A DNA stretch of 49,866 nucleotides from Cladosporium halotolerans (taxonomy: Eukaryota). The notes under the pieces were generated by a model. It saw only the letters and a list, made by a program, of their open reading frames with translations. It searched no databases and was not told the origin of the DNA. Shown piece by piece: positions 12,069 to 24,533 of the stretch (position 1 is its first letter; the number at the start of each line of letters is the position of its first letter). The translations under genes were made by a program, and so were the position numbers. The stretch is from the NCBI RefSeq assembly GCF_011745625.1, contig NW_027191515.1:1-49866 (forward strand). Reading direction: 5' to 3'.

Positions 12069-12627
12069 GTTGTAGTTGTAATGTGATCTTCGAGGCTTAC
12101 AACTTTGTTCCAGCTTGGGAGGGAATATCTGAGAGGAGCAGGCAACTATATCTTTGAGAAGCACCGGTCTCGGATCGCTGAGTGAGAGCTAAAGGGAGCC
12201 CATAGTATCTGTCTTCGGCCCCCGAGGGAGACAGCGCCCGAAGCTGAAACAGTATCCGAGACGGAAACGGAGTCCTACGGCGAGAGCGCTGGTCCGGTAT
12301 ATGTTCATTTGTTGTCGCACCAGAAGTCAGAGTCACTGCATAGGTCACTCAGTAATTGTGAATTACTTCACGACACCATGAATATTTACGCCCATTGAAC
12401 ACCAATGAACACCATATGAACAACGAACGAAGAAGGCATTATGTTCATCTGTTCAACCAATCAGGAGACTTCTGCTCGTTTGTTCGGTGAACAAACAATC
12501 AATTGTTCGCTAACAAGTTCGTTCGTCAGACACATTGGTCGAAAGACGCGAGCGGGTCGCGGTGCATTTTTCATTGTAGATAATACTGTACTATATGTAA
12601 TAAAGAAACAACATTCCTGCCCCAACT

Positions 12628-13125
12628 TCATCCGGTGAGGTTGCACAAAGCCTTGCTGAGATTTTCATTGGCTTTCCTGAGGCCAATGTTCGCTTCCCTA
12701 CAAAGTTCGAGTTGAACCGACACCTCATTTCGGCTCTCTCTCTCCGCGACCAGACTCTCCTTCTCCACAGCAAGAGCTTGCTTTAGGGTGTTGGAAAAAG
12801 CTGTTTCGCGCTGTAGTGCATTTTGCGAGATGCCGAGCTGATGTGTCATCATGATGAGCTTCTCCTCTAGCCTTTGGTGGGACAACCCTTGCTCGAAGAT
12901 CCGTCGATTCCAGTCGGAGCTGCTCGCCCAAAAATCGGTCAGAGTCTTGATGCAGACATCGCCGTTCGAGATGCTTTGAATGATGAGCTGTCGCAGCTCT
13001 CGGAGCAAATCTTGCGCAGATGGCTCTCGTAGATTAGGAGAGCAAGGCCAGGGCTGCCCGTCTGTTCGGTCGAAGGCTACTAGCGCTCCGGTGTGTCCAC
13101 TCTGACAAGGGACTTGCGAAGACAT
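12628..13125 (-). CDS. Hypothetical coiled-coil protein (~165 aa)
   Basis: From MSSQVP; heptad-like C-terminal half (LKQALAVEKESLVAERESRNEVSVQLELCREANIGLRKANENLSKAL). Confidence 0.5.
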   Translation of the reverse strand: MSSQVPCQSGHTGALVAFDRTDGQPWPCSPNLREPSAQDLLRELRQLIIQSISNGDVCIKTLTDFWASSSDWNRRIFEQGLSHQRLEEKLIMMTHQLGISQNALQRETAFSNTLKQALAVEKESLVAERESRNEVSVQLELCREANIGLRKANENLSKALCNLTG

Positions 13126-16092
13126 AATGGCTTGTTGTGCGTCTCTTGCGTTTCGGCTATGCTGAGATTTGCTTGTGTATATGTGTAAGCGTGCGCGAAT
13201 TGATTCCCAGAGACGTAAAGGATGCGACTGAGAGAAGTGCAGAAACACACAAAAACCCAGAGCGCTCACAGCACATGTGCCGGACGCTTGAATTATATGC
13301 CAGCGGGTGGCAATGGAGGACTCACGAAGCACAAGCAAACCACGGTCCCCCGTCGCAGTGGCGTATTGGTGGGGGTTTCCATTAGTGCACACGCTTATCT
13401 CGATGATACTCGAGAGGCAGGATGTGCGTTATGTCTGAGAACCTGCGTCGTACGAGCATCGACTTACTCGGATGAACAACAGAGGGATGATCTCAATCTG
13501 AAGATTGATCGTGTTCGTCGGACCTTATGGTAAGGGTGTGCGCTTATGCAAAGGAGAGACCGAGAACATGAGTTGGTGCTATGGATATGCACCTGTACTG
13601 CATCCCAAGAAAGCCGGGCTCTCGATAGTGGCACCGGTTCAGGCAAGAGCATTGCGATACGCTACAGTACTGTATGTGTATCATCACAGACTTTCAAGCC
13701 GCCGCCGGCTCCAACTGTGTTGGCGGATTGTCCATGAAGCAACGGGTCTGCTGTTCCCGGCGAGTCACGACAACTGTGATGGCCAACCTTTCCTCCGCCG
13801 GTGGGCTCGACATTCAAGACGAACCAAGTGCGCAAGGCACTATTCACGATTGTTCCTCACCCCGCACCACACGCGTGATCCGTTTTAAAGTCGCGCAAGC
13901 AGCTGGGTAACGCCCGAAAGTTCGCGGCCTGACTCGGACCATGCAGCAACCTTCTGGACTCCGCCGAAACCTTCTCTTATGCTGCCGGCCTGTGGAGGTC
14001 AAAGCCGGGGAAATACAGTAGATGGGCTCGGTGCTGCGACCATCTGCTGTGGACACGTTTGTATACGTCGCGCGTTATTGAGATGTTGACTGTATCGTCG
14101 CGTGAGTGTTCTAGTCCCGGCAGACGCTGTGACGTCCCATTTGCAGATTCTCATATGCAAGACTATGACCTACGCCAGATCAGAAGGATGGCCTCGATTG
14201 CCGGGCCTCGTAAGCCTATCGTGCGTGGCGTCGCTAAACTCGTGTTGATGGGTGGTGACGGCCCGCGCAGCGCGGCGTGAGCGTCGAGAATATGTACATG
14301 TGCGGGCGGTACTGTATTCCCCTGGCGTCATTGCAGTATGCATAGAATATAGGTCATGCGTTCGGGGGCCATCGCCAGGTGTGTTTGCCAAGGAAAGCTC
14401 GGTTGACTGTCCGGCGCTAATGAGCTTTCGTCAAGGCACACAGGAAACGCATGTTGCAGCTTACAATAGAAATGTCGCGTCTTACAGTACTCAACATCAC
14501 TCAGCACACGCAACACCAATCTTGGCGTCACCCTCCCAAGTACTCTCATCAACACGACCGGCATCACGATGCAGATGCGGGGCTCGATCTATCAGCGTGG
14601 TGATCGACCTCAGCAATGACGAAGCGCAAGATGACGGACATGGCTATGGCGTTCGCAAAATACAATCACTGCAAAGCATTTGCGGCTAGTTGCAGACATT
14701 CCCACGTTGAAGAGAAGAAGAGACGGGGAAGGTAGTAGCAGGTGTGAAGGAGTGAGGGCAAAGTGATAGCGGATCATAGGCGATGAGCCTCCGCAGTTCG
14801 CGTCTTTCACGGCGCCTGCACACAGGCAGCGACTGACGATTTCGGCTGTGATCTGGCCTTCGAGCCCTTTTTGGTGCGACAGAGCTGCGCTACAGGTTTG
14901 TGAAGAAAAGGCCAAAGATGACATCACTTGACAGAGGACCGCCGCGCACGGTTGTAGTTTGTAACGACTAGCCCTTCCACGTTCTCCAACCGTGCGTCGA
15001 CTCATGGTCTTCAACAGCTTTAGAGCAAGCCATCGCTCGCTCACCTTAGGGGCCGTTCCGCCACTCACGCTTTTGCGTTATACGTAATCGTACCAATCGT
15101 GATGGCCAGTGACCCGACTGAAGCATGCTATGCCTAACGTGGAGACAGGTGTGGACCGCAGGTAGGAGTAAGGCGGCCAAACACTGACATTCTGGCATTG
15201 AGCCAAGGGTTTTTTCCAAGTTGTCCGGCCAATCTGGAGGTCTTTTGGAGACGGAGACCTGCTTTCGATAGAGATGTTACAGTAGAAGCCGAGCTTGACT
15301 TCCCTGCTCACGTTTGTTGTGTACAGATCTCTCAAAGTTCTCCCTCGATCACTTTCGCCCTTGCCAAATACCTTTTCTATCTCCTGTCTTCTTATCCGAG
15401 GAATTGTCTCCCTCGAAGGAGAAGACGGGCTCGTGATCGTCCCGCGGCGCATCTTGGTGTTCTGCGGCTGATGCGATCGCTTGGAGAGGGCGGCTGACAT
15501 GTTGTAGTCTACAACAACTTGTAGACTGGGCCGCGACGGTTTGGTCGATACCTCTTTATTGTTCACCACTAAGTTATGGATCACATGCCTACAACCTGAA
15601 GTCTTCTCGCGCCAAAAAGATGAATCGGGGTCGCTGTGCGTCGAGCTGGTGAGAATGGAGACGATGTCGTCGTACTAGACCACAATCTTCGTGGTACAGG
15701 ACAGTGACAACTGCGCTACTTTCATATTTGGAACGATGGCAAGTGTTGGATGGGTAAGTGAGGGGGAAATCCGGCAGTCATATAAGCCTGGATACTCACG
15801 ACCGTGTGCTCAGAATGGCAGGTATCCCGGTGTGTCAGACGTTCCGCGAATGGACGTCAGGCAAGTGTTCGACGGTTGGCAGGATCCGTGGGTAACGTAA
15901 TACTCTACCGCACGAAGTGGAGTACAGCATGGCGTGGCGTTACGGACATCGAGCCCGACTCGTCAAAACCCGCTAGGTAAGTTCATCACTCATCCAAGTT
16001 CATGGCCTGATCGATTGTCGTCCCTTCAAGAACGCTCTCTTGTATACGTGTTGGTCTTGGTATCCATTTCTAATTGCCCTCAGTCCTGTGAT

Positions 16093-18565
16093 ATGAAGTA
16101 CACGACAATGCACTACTCATCTTCAGGACACAGTACGCAACCTCGATGCCAACCCGACGCATCGACTGGCCCATCTTCGCTCATCTTTGGGTCGCAAGCC
16201 GGGCTACCTTCCCGAGCTATTCTCCAAACAACGCGCGATGATTTGCGATCAAGGCCATGCTTGACACCACTTCGAGACGCGATTCGCGATCTTCATTACT
16301 TCTGGCAGAGACTGATCAAATCGGACTCCAATCTCGACTTGGTGCACGAAAACCGGTTTTTACGCAGCCTTGGACTATGGATCGACGGAGGCGACGGAGA
16401 ATTTGGAACGTCTTCCGACTCGACGGACATGCCAGCGTTCGTGCTCACTTTCATCTTGCACATAGTGCAGTACGTTGAATACTTGACATCCCTCACAGTT
16501 GCGGGAGACGACGTACAACATCGAACATTGCAAGGACTGCAAGGTGGCGGTGGCGTGCAAGGGTTTTGCGTCGGATTCCTCAGTGCAGTCGCAATATCGG
16601 CTTCCGCAAAGCAAGATGAGATAGCACTCAACGCCGCTCAGTGTCTCAGACTCGCAGTCTGCATCGCCGCGCATGTGGACAAGGATAGAGGCAGGACCGC
16701 ATCGTCGGAGAAGAGCATCTGCTTTTCTGCTCACGGGCAGCGACAAGACGTGATGGATCGTCCGAGTGTTGTGAGCCTGTTGAGTTCATTTTCGGACGTA
16801 AGATACTCGCCTCTGACTAGAAAGGGGCCTTTCGCTAACAGATGGTAGACATACATTGCCGGCTTCTTTGATGCACACTCTTTTACGATCACGACTACCT
16901 CAACGATGTATCCCCACGTCACCCAAGTACTTTTAGCTCGTGGATTTGTTTTGAAGACGGTCCCGGTTCGGGGACGATTTCATAGTCTTGTCCACGCCGA
17001 GGCAGCGAACAAAATTGCAGCGCTCTTCAATGTTGATGAGAGGTCTCAATTTCCGCGAATCGACCAGTTGCATGCTCCTGTGCGATCCGCAGTCGACGGC
17101 ATGGTCATTGATCGGGGTAGCCTGTTGCAGCACGCCCTTGAGAACACCCTCCTGGAGCCACTCGACTGGCACCGACTGCTGACAAACACGTTCGATGACA
17201 GCGAGCATGCTAGGCGAAACGTCATTGGGTTCGGTGTGACAAACCCAGTGCCTCCTTCACTCCGTCGGACCATGGAACTCGGCGTGACGAGGTTTGAAAG
17301 CTGGATCTCAATGCAACCCAATCCACTCACCCAACCCCAGCTCCAAGGCGTGGGTGAAGTCTCGGCTTCGGAGCATGCTACTAGCGGGGGTAATGATTCC
17401 TCACCAAGTGGCCGACACGCGCCAGAGGACTTTCCGCCTCACTCCGTGGCTATCGTGGGGATGGCCGGCCGATTTCCTGGCGCAGAGACACCGGAAGAAC
17501 TCTGGAAGTTGATGGCCGACGGTACGAGCACAGTAGAAGCTGTTCCTGCGGGCAAGTATGGTCTCGACAGCCAATTTGACGACGAACCACGAAGACAGTG
17601 GTGGGGGAACCTGCTCCGCAACCCCGAGTGCTTCGATCATGAGTTCTTCAAGAAGTCCCCACGGGAAGCGCAAGCATGGGATCCGCAGCAACGCATCGCG
17701 CTTGAGGTCGCATACCAGGCTTTGGAGTCATCGGGGTACTTTGGAACCGCGGCGGCGTCACGAGATCGCGACTATGGCTGTTTCATCGGCGCAGTCATGA
17801 ACAACTACTACGACAACGTCTCGTGTCACAGGCCGACGGCATACGCTACCCTGGGGACTTCGCGATGTTTCATCAGCGGCGCAATAAGTCACTTCTTTGG
17901 CTGGACCGGCCCTGCCATATCCATGGACACGGCGTGTTCCTCGTCGCTCGTTGCCATCAACGCCGCCTGCAAGGCAATCATGGCTGGTGAATGCAGCCGC
18001 GCTATCGCTGGAGGTACCAACGTGATAACCAGCCCGTACGACTACCGAAACCTCGCTGCAGCCGGCTTCTTGAGCCCTACAGGTCAGTGCAAACCGTTTG
18101 ACGCGGATGCAGATGGATACTGCGGTTGGTCTGGTCGTTCTCAAATCATTGGAAACCGCAATCCGGGAAGGGGACAATGTTCTCGGGGTGATCGTGGGCT
18201 CGGCAGTCAACCAGAGTTCCAATAACGACAATATCACAATTCCCGACTCGCGCTCTCAGGCAGATCTTCAGAGGAAGGTATTGAAGAGTGCGGACCTATC
18301 GCCGGGAGACGTGTCCTACGTCGAGGCACACGGCACGGGCACGGGCGTAGGAGACCCTGTTGAAGTGGCAAGCATACGCGAGGTGTATTGCGGCGTCCAA
18401 CGGAGGTCGCCACTTTATTTGTCCACATTGAAGGGGAATATCGGTCATAGCGAAGCTGCTGCAGGTGTGGCTGGACTGATCAAGGTTATCTTGATGATGA
18501 ACCACAACATGATCCCCGGGCAAGCTAGCCACAAGGCACTGAACCCGAATATACCCGAGTTGGAC
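16093..18565 (+). pseudogene. Truncated, frameshifted non-reducing iterative type I PKS (SAT + KS domains only)
   Basis: SAT motif VQGFCVGFLSA and GRFH. Intron 16798-16848 joins the ORFs in frame. KS motifs VAIVGMAGRFPGA, DPQQR, DTACSSSL, EAHGTGT and KGNIGHSEAAAG. Frameshift at ~18121 (DGYC/VGLVVLK, the usual RGE[A/G] is missing). Similarity ends after LNPNIPEL; no AT, PT or ACP follows. Confidence 0.92.
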
Positions 18566-19949
18566 CGGATACAGGATGTGCGATTACACCCAAGTGGAGT
18601 ACTCATGTACCCACTTACGCTTTACTGTGAGACAGTGGTGTAAGCATATCCCAATCATTGTTTGACGTTATGTCAAGTCTTCCCTAGGAAAAACGATGCT
18701 CAAGCATTCTTTATGCAGGCAACGAGTACCCGCAGACACAAAAGCGGTGTCCCCCCAACGTGGTTGCGGTTGAATATCGTTCAGATGAGAAATGTGGTAT
18801 GCCTCGCTAAACGGTTTCTAAAAGAAAAGAATCATCGTTCGAGCTGACATGTAACAGGCGACTGCCGAGACTCGGCCTCGACACTGTCCAAATCCCAGAA
18901 GAGACTGAAATGATTCAAGCCACCAAAACCATCGGAATCATTATGAACGACAAATACAAGATAGCAAAAGGTATCTTGGGGCCTTACATACAGAGGATGT
19001 TGACAGATGTATCATGGCTCGGTGGGCACGCTCTGATGTGTCTTTCCGCTACCTTGATCACTTTCAACAGAACGGAATGAATATCGAAGCCCAAAGCATC
19101 TACAACAGTATTTCCTCCACATTGTCTTGTGATGAGCACTCTAAGAGTCTCCCACCTGAGCGTTGCTGATATGACCAGCAGATGCACCAATGCTCAAGGT
19201 CTTGAGAAACATGCGATCCCGAAGGATCTTGTTCGGCAATATTTTGCCGTCGCGTTGTGGTTATTCAGGGAGGCTTGTAGGTGCGGTAGGACGTCCATGA
19301 AGAAGGTGTCGGATTTGTTCGTCGTGCAAAAGCGAAGTGCGATCTCCACCGTTTAATCGCTTCGTTCCGGGAACGATACGCAGTCGTGGTCATCATCGAG
19401 GTTTGAGCTTGTGAATTACTGCTTTGAAGAAGTCGGAGCAGAATTTTTGCATCGCCATCCCAGATTTTTTCGAGCAGAATCGACTGGGCTAGCTAGGAGG
19501 GCAAGCCAAACGACCGCTTATTATGGTGCATCCCAGTCATTCCGTTCAGCAATGATGCAAAATCTTTTGGCAGCCTTGCACGTGGTAATGATCATTGCGT
19601 TCTCGCTGCTAGGAGCTTCGGGTAATTAAACCAAGAAGTCGGGGGCGACGTGTCGGTATGGCACCATCAGCGAGTCGATTGGACAAAGCTCCCTATACGG
19701 TGCGTGGCCCTTGTTTCGTGACATTCGCACAATTTGCAGTGATCTATGCAAAGCTTGAGGCGGTCCCGGAGCCTGTGGAGTAAAGACTGAGTCGCGGCTG
19801 GGATCTTAGCCCCGGTCAAACCATTGGTGGTGGTTTCTTCATGCGTCGGCTCGAAAACTTCCGCCTCCATCAATTGGGGGATGCAGAGCGGGTCGTTGGG
19901 TGACCGTACTCCAATCCGTACATCCCCAAGCGACTTGACGGGGATTTTG

Positions 19950-21800
19950 GCCGAATAGGACTCGTAAGCAACGTGCATGACACACGTCAGTGATCCTTCG
20001 GCGGGAGCAGTCAATGCACCCCAGCCGCGAGCGATTAAGCAGGTGACGCTTTCAACTTCTGATTCAATCCCTCATACACCTTCTTGAGCCACGTTGTTAC
20101 CCGAATGTGAAGTAACACGATGCAGGTCGTCGCACACCACGAGATCCTCATCCGCTTTGCTGCATATGTGCGCGGACACGGTGTATAGACAGGGCCGCTG
20201 TCCTGCAATTCACGCTGAACCTACTACCGTAAGTCACCGTACTCATATGTTCAAAGAAGGCCTAGATAAAGCCTACGACAAAATAAGATGCAGTCTAGGT
20301 GGCTCGCATAGCGCATTCATCTTCTTAACAAGCCCACTGGCTTCCGCATCATCCGCTTAGCGTCTCCATGCATCTGCCGAACGCTATCGCGACTCATCTC
20401 AAAGTCTACAGTCAGTTGATATCCTCCCCCTAACTGCACCACGGCTCTACTGGAAAATGCCGTATTCAGGAGGGTTTGGCACGGGGCAGCCTTCCGTTTC
20501 TGCCTCGAGTGCTGGTGCGTAACCTTTGCTAGCGATTGCTGCAACATGTGGGCGGCATCGAACTCCACCAAGGGCTGATGATGCGCCTCGTGGAGACGCG
20601 AAAAGCAAACCAAGATCACTAACATTAGATTGCATTGAGCGTCAAGGTGGCGTCTGTTAAAGATACGTGGGTTGGAAGAGAGTTAATTGATGATCTATCA
20701 AGTGGGAGCATGCCTGACCTATATACAGCAGTGGGTGACGAATGTGGCGCTGCCGATCTTCAACAGCGTCGGAAGAAAGTGCCCTATGCTAATCGGAGCA
20801 GTCCGGATGATAAAGTAGGACTGGAGATTGATGACCCTCTAGTTGTGCTATGACCTAGCTGCGGCGGCTAATATGCATCTTCGATGAATCACCGCATACT
20901 GCGAGGGCTATTGGAAAGCAAAGGCGTAGGATGCTTGAACACTCTGCGTTGCCCTCGTTGTCATCTCCTCCAGCAAGCTCGAAGCGTCTTTGTCAGCGTC
21001 GCCAAATCTGGACGAAGGCTGGTGCTAGACTCCATCGTTTTCGTCAAAGGCTATGCTTGCCTCCACTCTCGGCTTAGTGCCGGGGATGTAACCAGGAGGT
21101 CGCGTGCCGTCTTATTAAGAATGCTATCTACTTTTGGGGCATATCTACTTTTGCACCCCTGAAATTGAGGTAGCTCTCATGGATAAACACCTTGATGCTG
21201 GGCGTCCTTGTCGGGCCTCTAAAGTAGGAGATCGAGGCCCATTCGAGTAAGGTGGCGGTGGTGGCGTTGACCAGGTACTGGAGCTCCTGTTCGATCGTTT
21301 GAGCGCAGCAGCCCTCTGTGAGTGTTGCATGAGCTGGCAGACGCTCCGATTGGCTGGCAAACGAGAAGATGCCGCGTGAAGATAACAATTGCTTGTCGAT
21401 TGGTTGCCTGATAATCTTGCGCCAGACTCAAGTCGCGCAGACAACAGCATATCCTTTGCAGTCGTTAGTCAGCTGATGCCGGTGTTGCCACTTTACCAGC
21501 AGGTGCAGGAGCAGCGTTGCCATGGGTCCATTGATCATATCCGTCTTACCTTGCTTTGCATCGATATGCAGGTGCCCTTGCCTAGAGATCTTCTTCTGAT
21601 CGCGATTGGCCCCCACTAACTTACAGCAAACCAGAAGCTAACCCTATCATCATAGCGACTGTACACAAACCTCAGTCACCGTCAAGTCATACCATCTCAG
21701 CTCACGGCAATTCGGCCAACACGAAGATGTGCGCCACGAACTCGATCGATCCGACTGCTACCAGCGTGCCCGTCGGTGAGAGCGATAATATGAGCGACTT
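19950..21800 (-). pseudogene. Heavily decayed relic, possibly of an ankyrin-repeat gene; boundaries uncertain
   Basis: Scattered fragments across frames with many stops: VGANRDQKKISRQGHLHIDAKQGKTDMI, TLLEWASI...LNFRGAKVD, CLIARGWGALTAP..GSLTCVMHVA. Confidence 0.3.
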
Positions 21801-21945
21801 CAACGGTTTCTTCTTCTTCACAACTTCCGTCGACTCGACGATGGGCCGGCAAGCCTTTACTAATGATGACCTCCGTATAATAGTATCATAGAAATGCTCT
21901 CCATAATCTCGCAGCCATCGTAAACTCCAGAGATGGTGTCCCAAA

Positions 21946-22926
21946 TCATGTACTAAGAACATGCGTGACGATCCTCGATAGGCCCTGTTGGTCTCCATCA
22001 ATGGAATTGGCGAGCTTTTCGTCTACCCAACCCCTAGTGTATCCGCCTCCAAAGTCGATAATCCAAGCATTGTTCTCACCATCTATCAGAACATTGTCTG
22101 CCTTCGCGTCTCCCCAAACAATACCAGACGTGTGCAACTCCATTAGCGTTGTGGTCACTTGTTCGATCCACTTGTTCCGTAGTTGTAAACTGGTATGTCG
22201 TTCCAGGGCGCGGGAAAGTGTCACTGACCCGCATCCTATGTGCTCTAGTAGAAGACCAACGATTCTTCCAGGTCGTTCCCCTACGAGTCCACAGAGTCGA
22301 GATATGCGGCTTTGTTCCAAGTTCGCCTGCTTGATCTTCGCGTACGTTTCTAACTCGCGTGGGACAAAGTTGTGCTTGAAGAAGTAACGGCCTCCAGCAT
22401 CAGTTACCACTTCTCGAGGACGCTGAGAAAAGGCGGCTTCGACAGATGAGGCACAGATCGTGACCTCGCACGGCTCGAGGAAGGGCCATAGATGTCCTAA
22501 CCTCTCAAAAACGTCCAAGTGGTTTGAGTGAAATTCCGAGACGTTGTCTTGATCGTCCTTGAGCGTGAATTTGTCATCGGGGGTGGCGTATAGGGCGAGG
22601 TGATAGATCTTTCTGTTGTAGAAATCATGAAGGGTTGGCTTCGGAGGAATAGCATGCGACGTCAACTTCAAAAAATGACGATCGCAGCCAATGAGTATCC
22701 AGTCGTAAAAATCATCTTCGGTCGCATCTTGCGGCTGTGGGTCTCTGTCGCCGCCTACAACTTTGAGATATTGGAGATATTGTGTCCTGATATTCACAGA
22801 GCTTGCCAGATTCTTCTCCAATATGCTGATGCGGATCCTAATGGTACCGAATCTTATCACTAAGCTCGAGTCGTGGTTGAGCTCGCTGGAAGTGAATTCT
22901 TCGACGCATACCTGCGGCAAATCCAT
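21946..22926 (-). CDS. Fungal protein-kinase-like protein (326 aa)
   Basis: YFFK (beta3 Lys), RELETY (alphaC Glu), GLLLEHI hinge, catalytic loop IVWGDAKADNVLID, and IIDFGGGYTRGWVD. Confidence 0.85.
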   Translation of the reverse strand: MDLPQVCVEEFTSSELNHDSSLVIRFGTIRIRISILEKNLASSVNIRTQYLQYLKVVGGDRDPQPQDATEDDFYDWILIGCDRHFLKLTSHAIPPKPTLHDFYNRKIYHLALYATPDDKFTLKDDQDNVSEFHSNHLDVFERLGHLWPFLEPCEVTICASSVEAAFSQRPREVVTDAGGRYFFKHNFVPRELETYAKIKQANLEQSRISRLCGLVGERPGRIVGLLLEHIGCGSVTLSRALERHTSLQLRNKWIEQVTTTLMELHTSGIVWGDAKADNVLIDGENNAWIIDFGGGYTRGWVDEKLANSIDGDQQGLSRIVTHVLST

Positions 22927-23487
22927 GTCGTCGTAGCGGAAGTCAAGGATTTCTTTTCTACGGCGCCTGCGGACACGAACACTCTACTGGTGTGCCGGGG
23001 CTAAGCAGCGAGCGTTCTTTAGTTGTTGAGAGTTGTGCGTACAATGATGATGTTGTATTAGTGAACACCTCTAGGTCACTCGACAAGCATGGAGGTACAA
23101 ACAAGAAAAGCGGTAAGCGCAGAGCGCTGGGCGTTGCGCACGGATGTCGTAGATTTGCCAAGTTCCGAGGCGGAGCCGAAGCTGTTTCTAGAGACATTTC
23201 ATGTTGGCGCATGACCGGAATCGTCGGCCCGGGGGCATTGTAGCCATCATGATTCAGTTTCACACAATAGCTCTTACCGTCAACGTGCATAGACCCTTGC
23301 TTCCAATGAACAACCAGCCTTGTCGAGTTCCAAAAGATGTGGCTGCTCCGGCTGCTCCGGCTTCTCCACAAACCCTTCCTATTGACGAGGCGCTCGCATA
23401 GCACTTGCCTCGCTTCGTCACATAGATATGTCACTCTGCTGGTACCTCGAACACAGTCTTGTTTCCGACGGGAGGGGGGAAAGGGGG

Positions 23488-23494
23488 TATAAAA
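23488..23494 (+). promoter_or_regulatory. Putative TATA box of the Cys-rich gene
   Basis: TATAAAA 70 nt upstream of the ATG at 23558. Confidence 0.4.
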
Positions 23495-23557
23495 GACCTT
23501 ATCCCGTGGTAGTGAAGTTCATAGGATGATGATTAGACGTTACAAGAACCCCAAAGA

Positions 23558-23887
23558 ATGTGTTCGAGATCCTACAGACAGTATCGTTGTGGACATAGGA
23601 GATGGGACGAGCCCGACTACTGTCAGAATGCAACCTACAACCGCCAAACCAGACGCTGGAACATGTGTAGGACCCAAAGGATCACAAGCGCTACCGCCGT
23701 GGAGGGTCCGTGTCCAGAACCTCAATGCTATCTCACGGATCTCGTGCGACTCGGCTGGACGTGTTGCTCATGCCGCTTTACGCAAAATCGGGGTAACACC
23801 TTTTGCAGAGGGCCTCCGGGTCCGCCCAACCCGCGTATCTCTGCATGCCTTCACAATGTCTGCGCACGGTGCCGTCTCACAAGATAG
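23558..23887 (+). CDS. Small Cys-rich, probably Zn-binding protein (109 aa, 13 Cys, no signal peptide)
   Basis: N-terminal MC..x..Y.CGH pattern and C-terminal WTCCSC...C...CLHNVCARC zinc-ribbon-like pattern; upstream TATA box. Confidence 0.65.
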   Translation: MCSRSYRQYRCGHRRWDEPDYCQNATYNRQTRRWNMCRTQRITSATAVEGPCPEPQCYLTDLVRLGWTCCSCRFTQNRGNTFCRGPPGPPNPRISACLHNVCARCRLTR

Positions 23888-24533
23888 CATGTCACAAAAC
23901 CCCGATTCAGCTTCTCTTGGCGAAACTCTCGCTGTCGTTGAAGAGAAGCGACCGTCGTTACCAATCGTTTCTGCTGGAAGCACTCCATCAGGAGCTATTA
24001 CTTCGGCCACAACAGCTGCCATCGCCATCGTCGTCCTGCTTGCAGATGCGATCGAGGAAACATGCTGTCAGAGCTGGATTGGCACGGTAGCAGATACGCT
24101 CGACTTAAACAGGTCCAGGAGGACTTGGTCGAGCATAAGATGGATGAAACTCCAAGGGTTCTCCATATCGTCCATGCCAGCCATTGCCTCCACTACAACG
24201 ATGCCGACACCGCCGGTGCCGGCAACATCAACATCACCGACGCCAACGATCGCAACATTGCTCATGCTGGCGATCACCACCAACACGACAATGATGCCCG
24301 CACTACGATGTTTTCCTTTCGCGAGCGCATCCTCACGCGCAATGTTGTGTGCCGGCTTGGAAGTACAAGATGGGAGGAGTGGAACAGTGAAGAGTCCTTT
24401 GTCTTTTGAGTTCAGTGACTCCTCACTACTATGCGCAACGGAATTCTACATAGCATCCCTTTTCTGCCAATCACAGAAGGCTAGTCCCGCGCCCTCCCGG
24501 CTTTCAGCGGCGCTATAGTGAGCGCTACCCACA

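Noticed and set aside
23526..24518. 330-aa plus-strand ORF
   Set aside because: Low-complexity, non-domain-like sequence overlapping the more convincing Cys-rich ORF in another frame.
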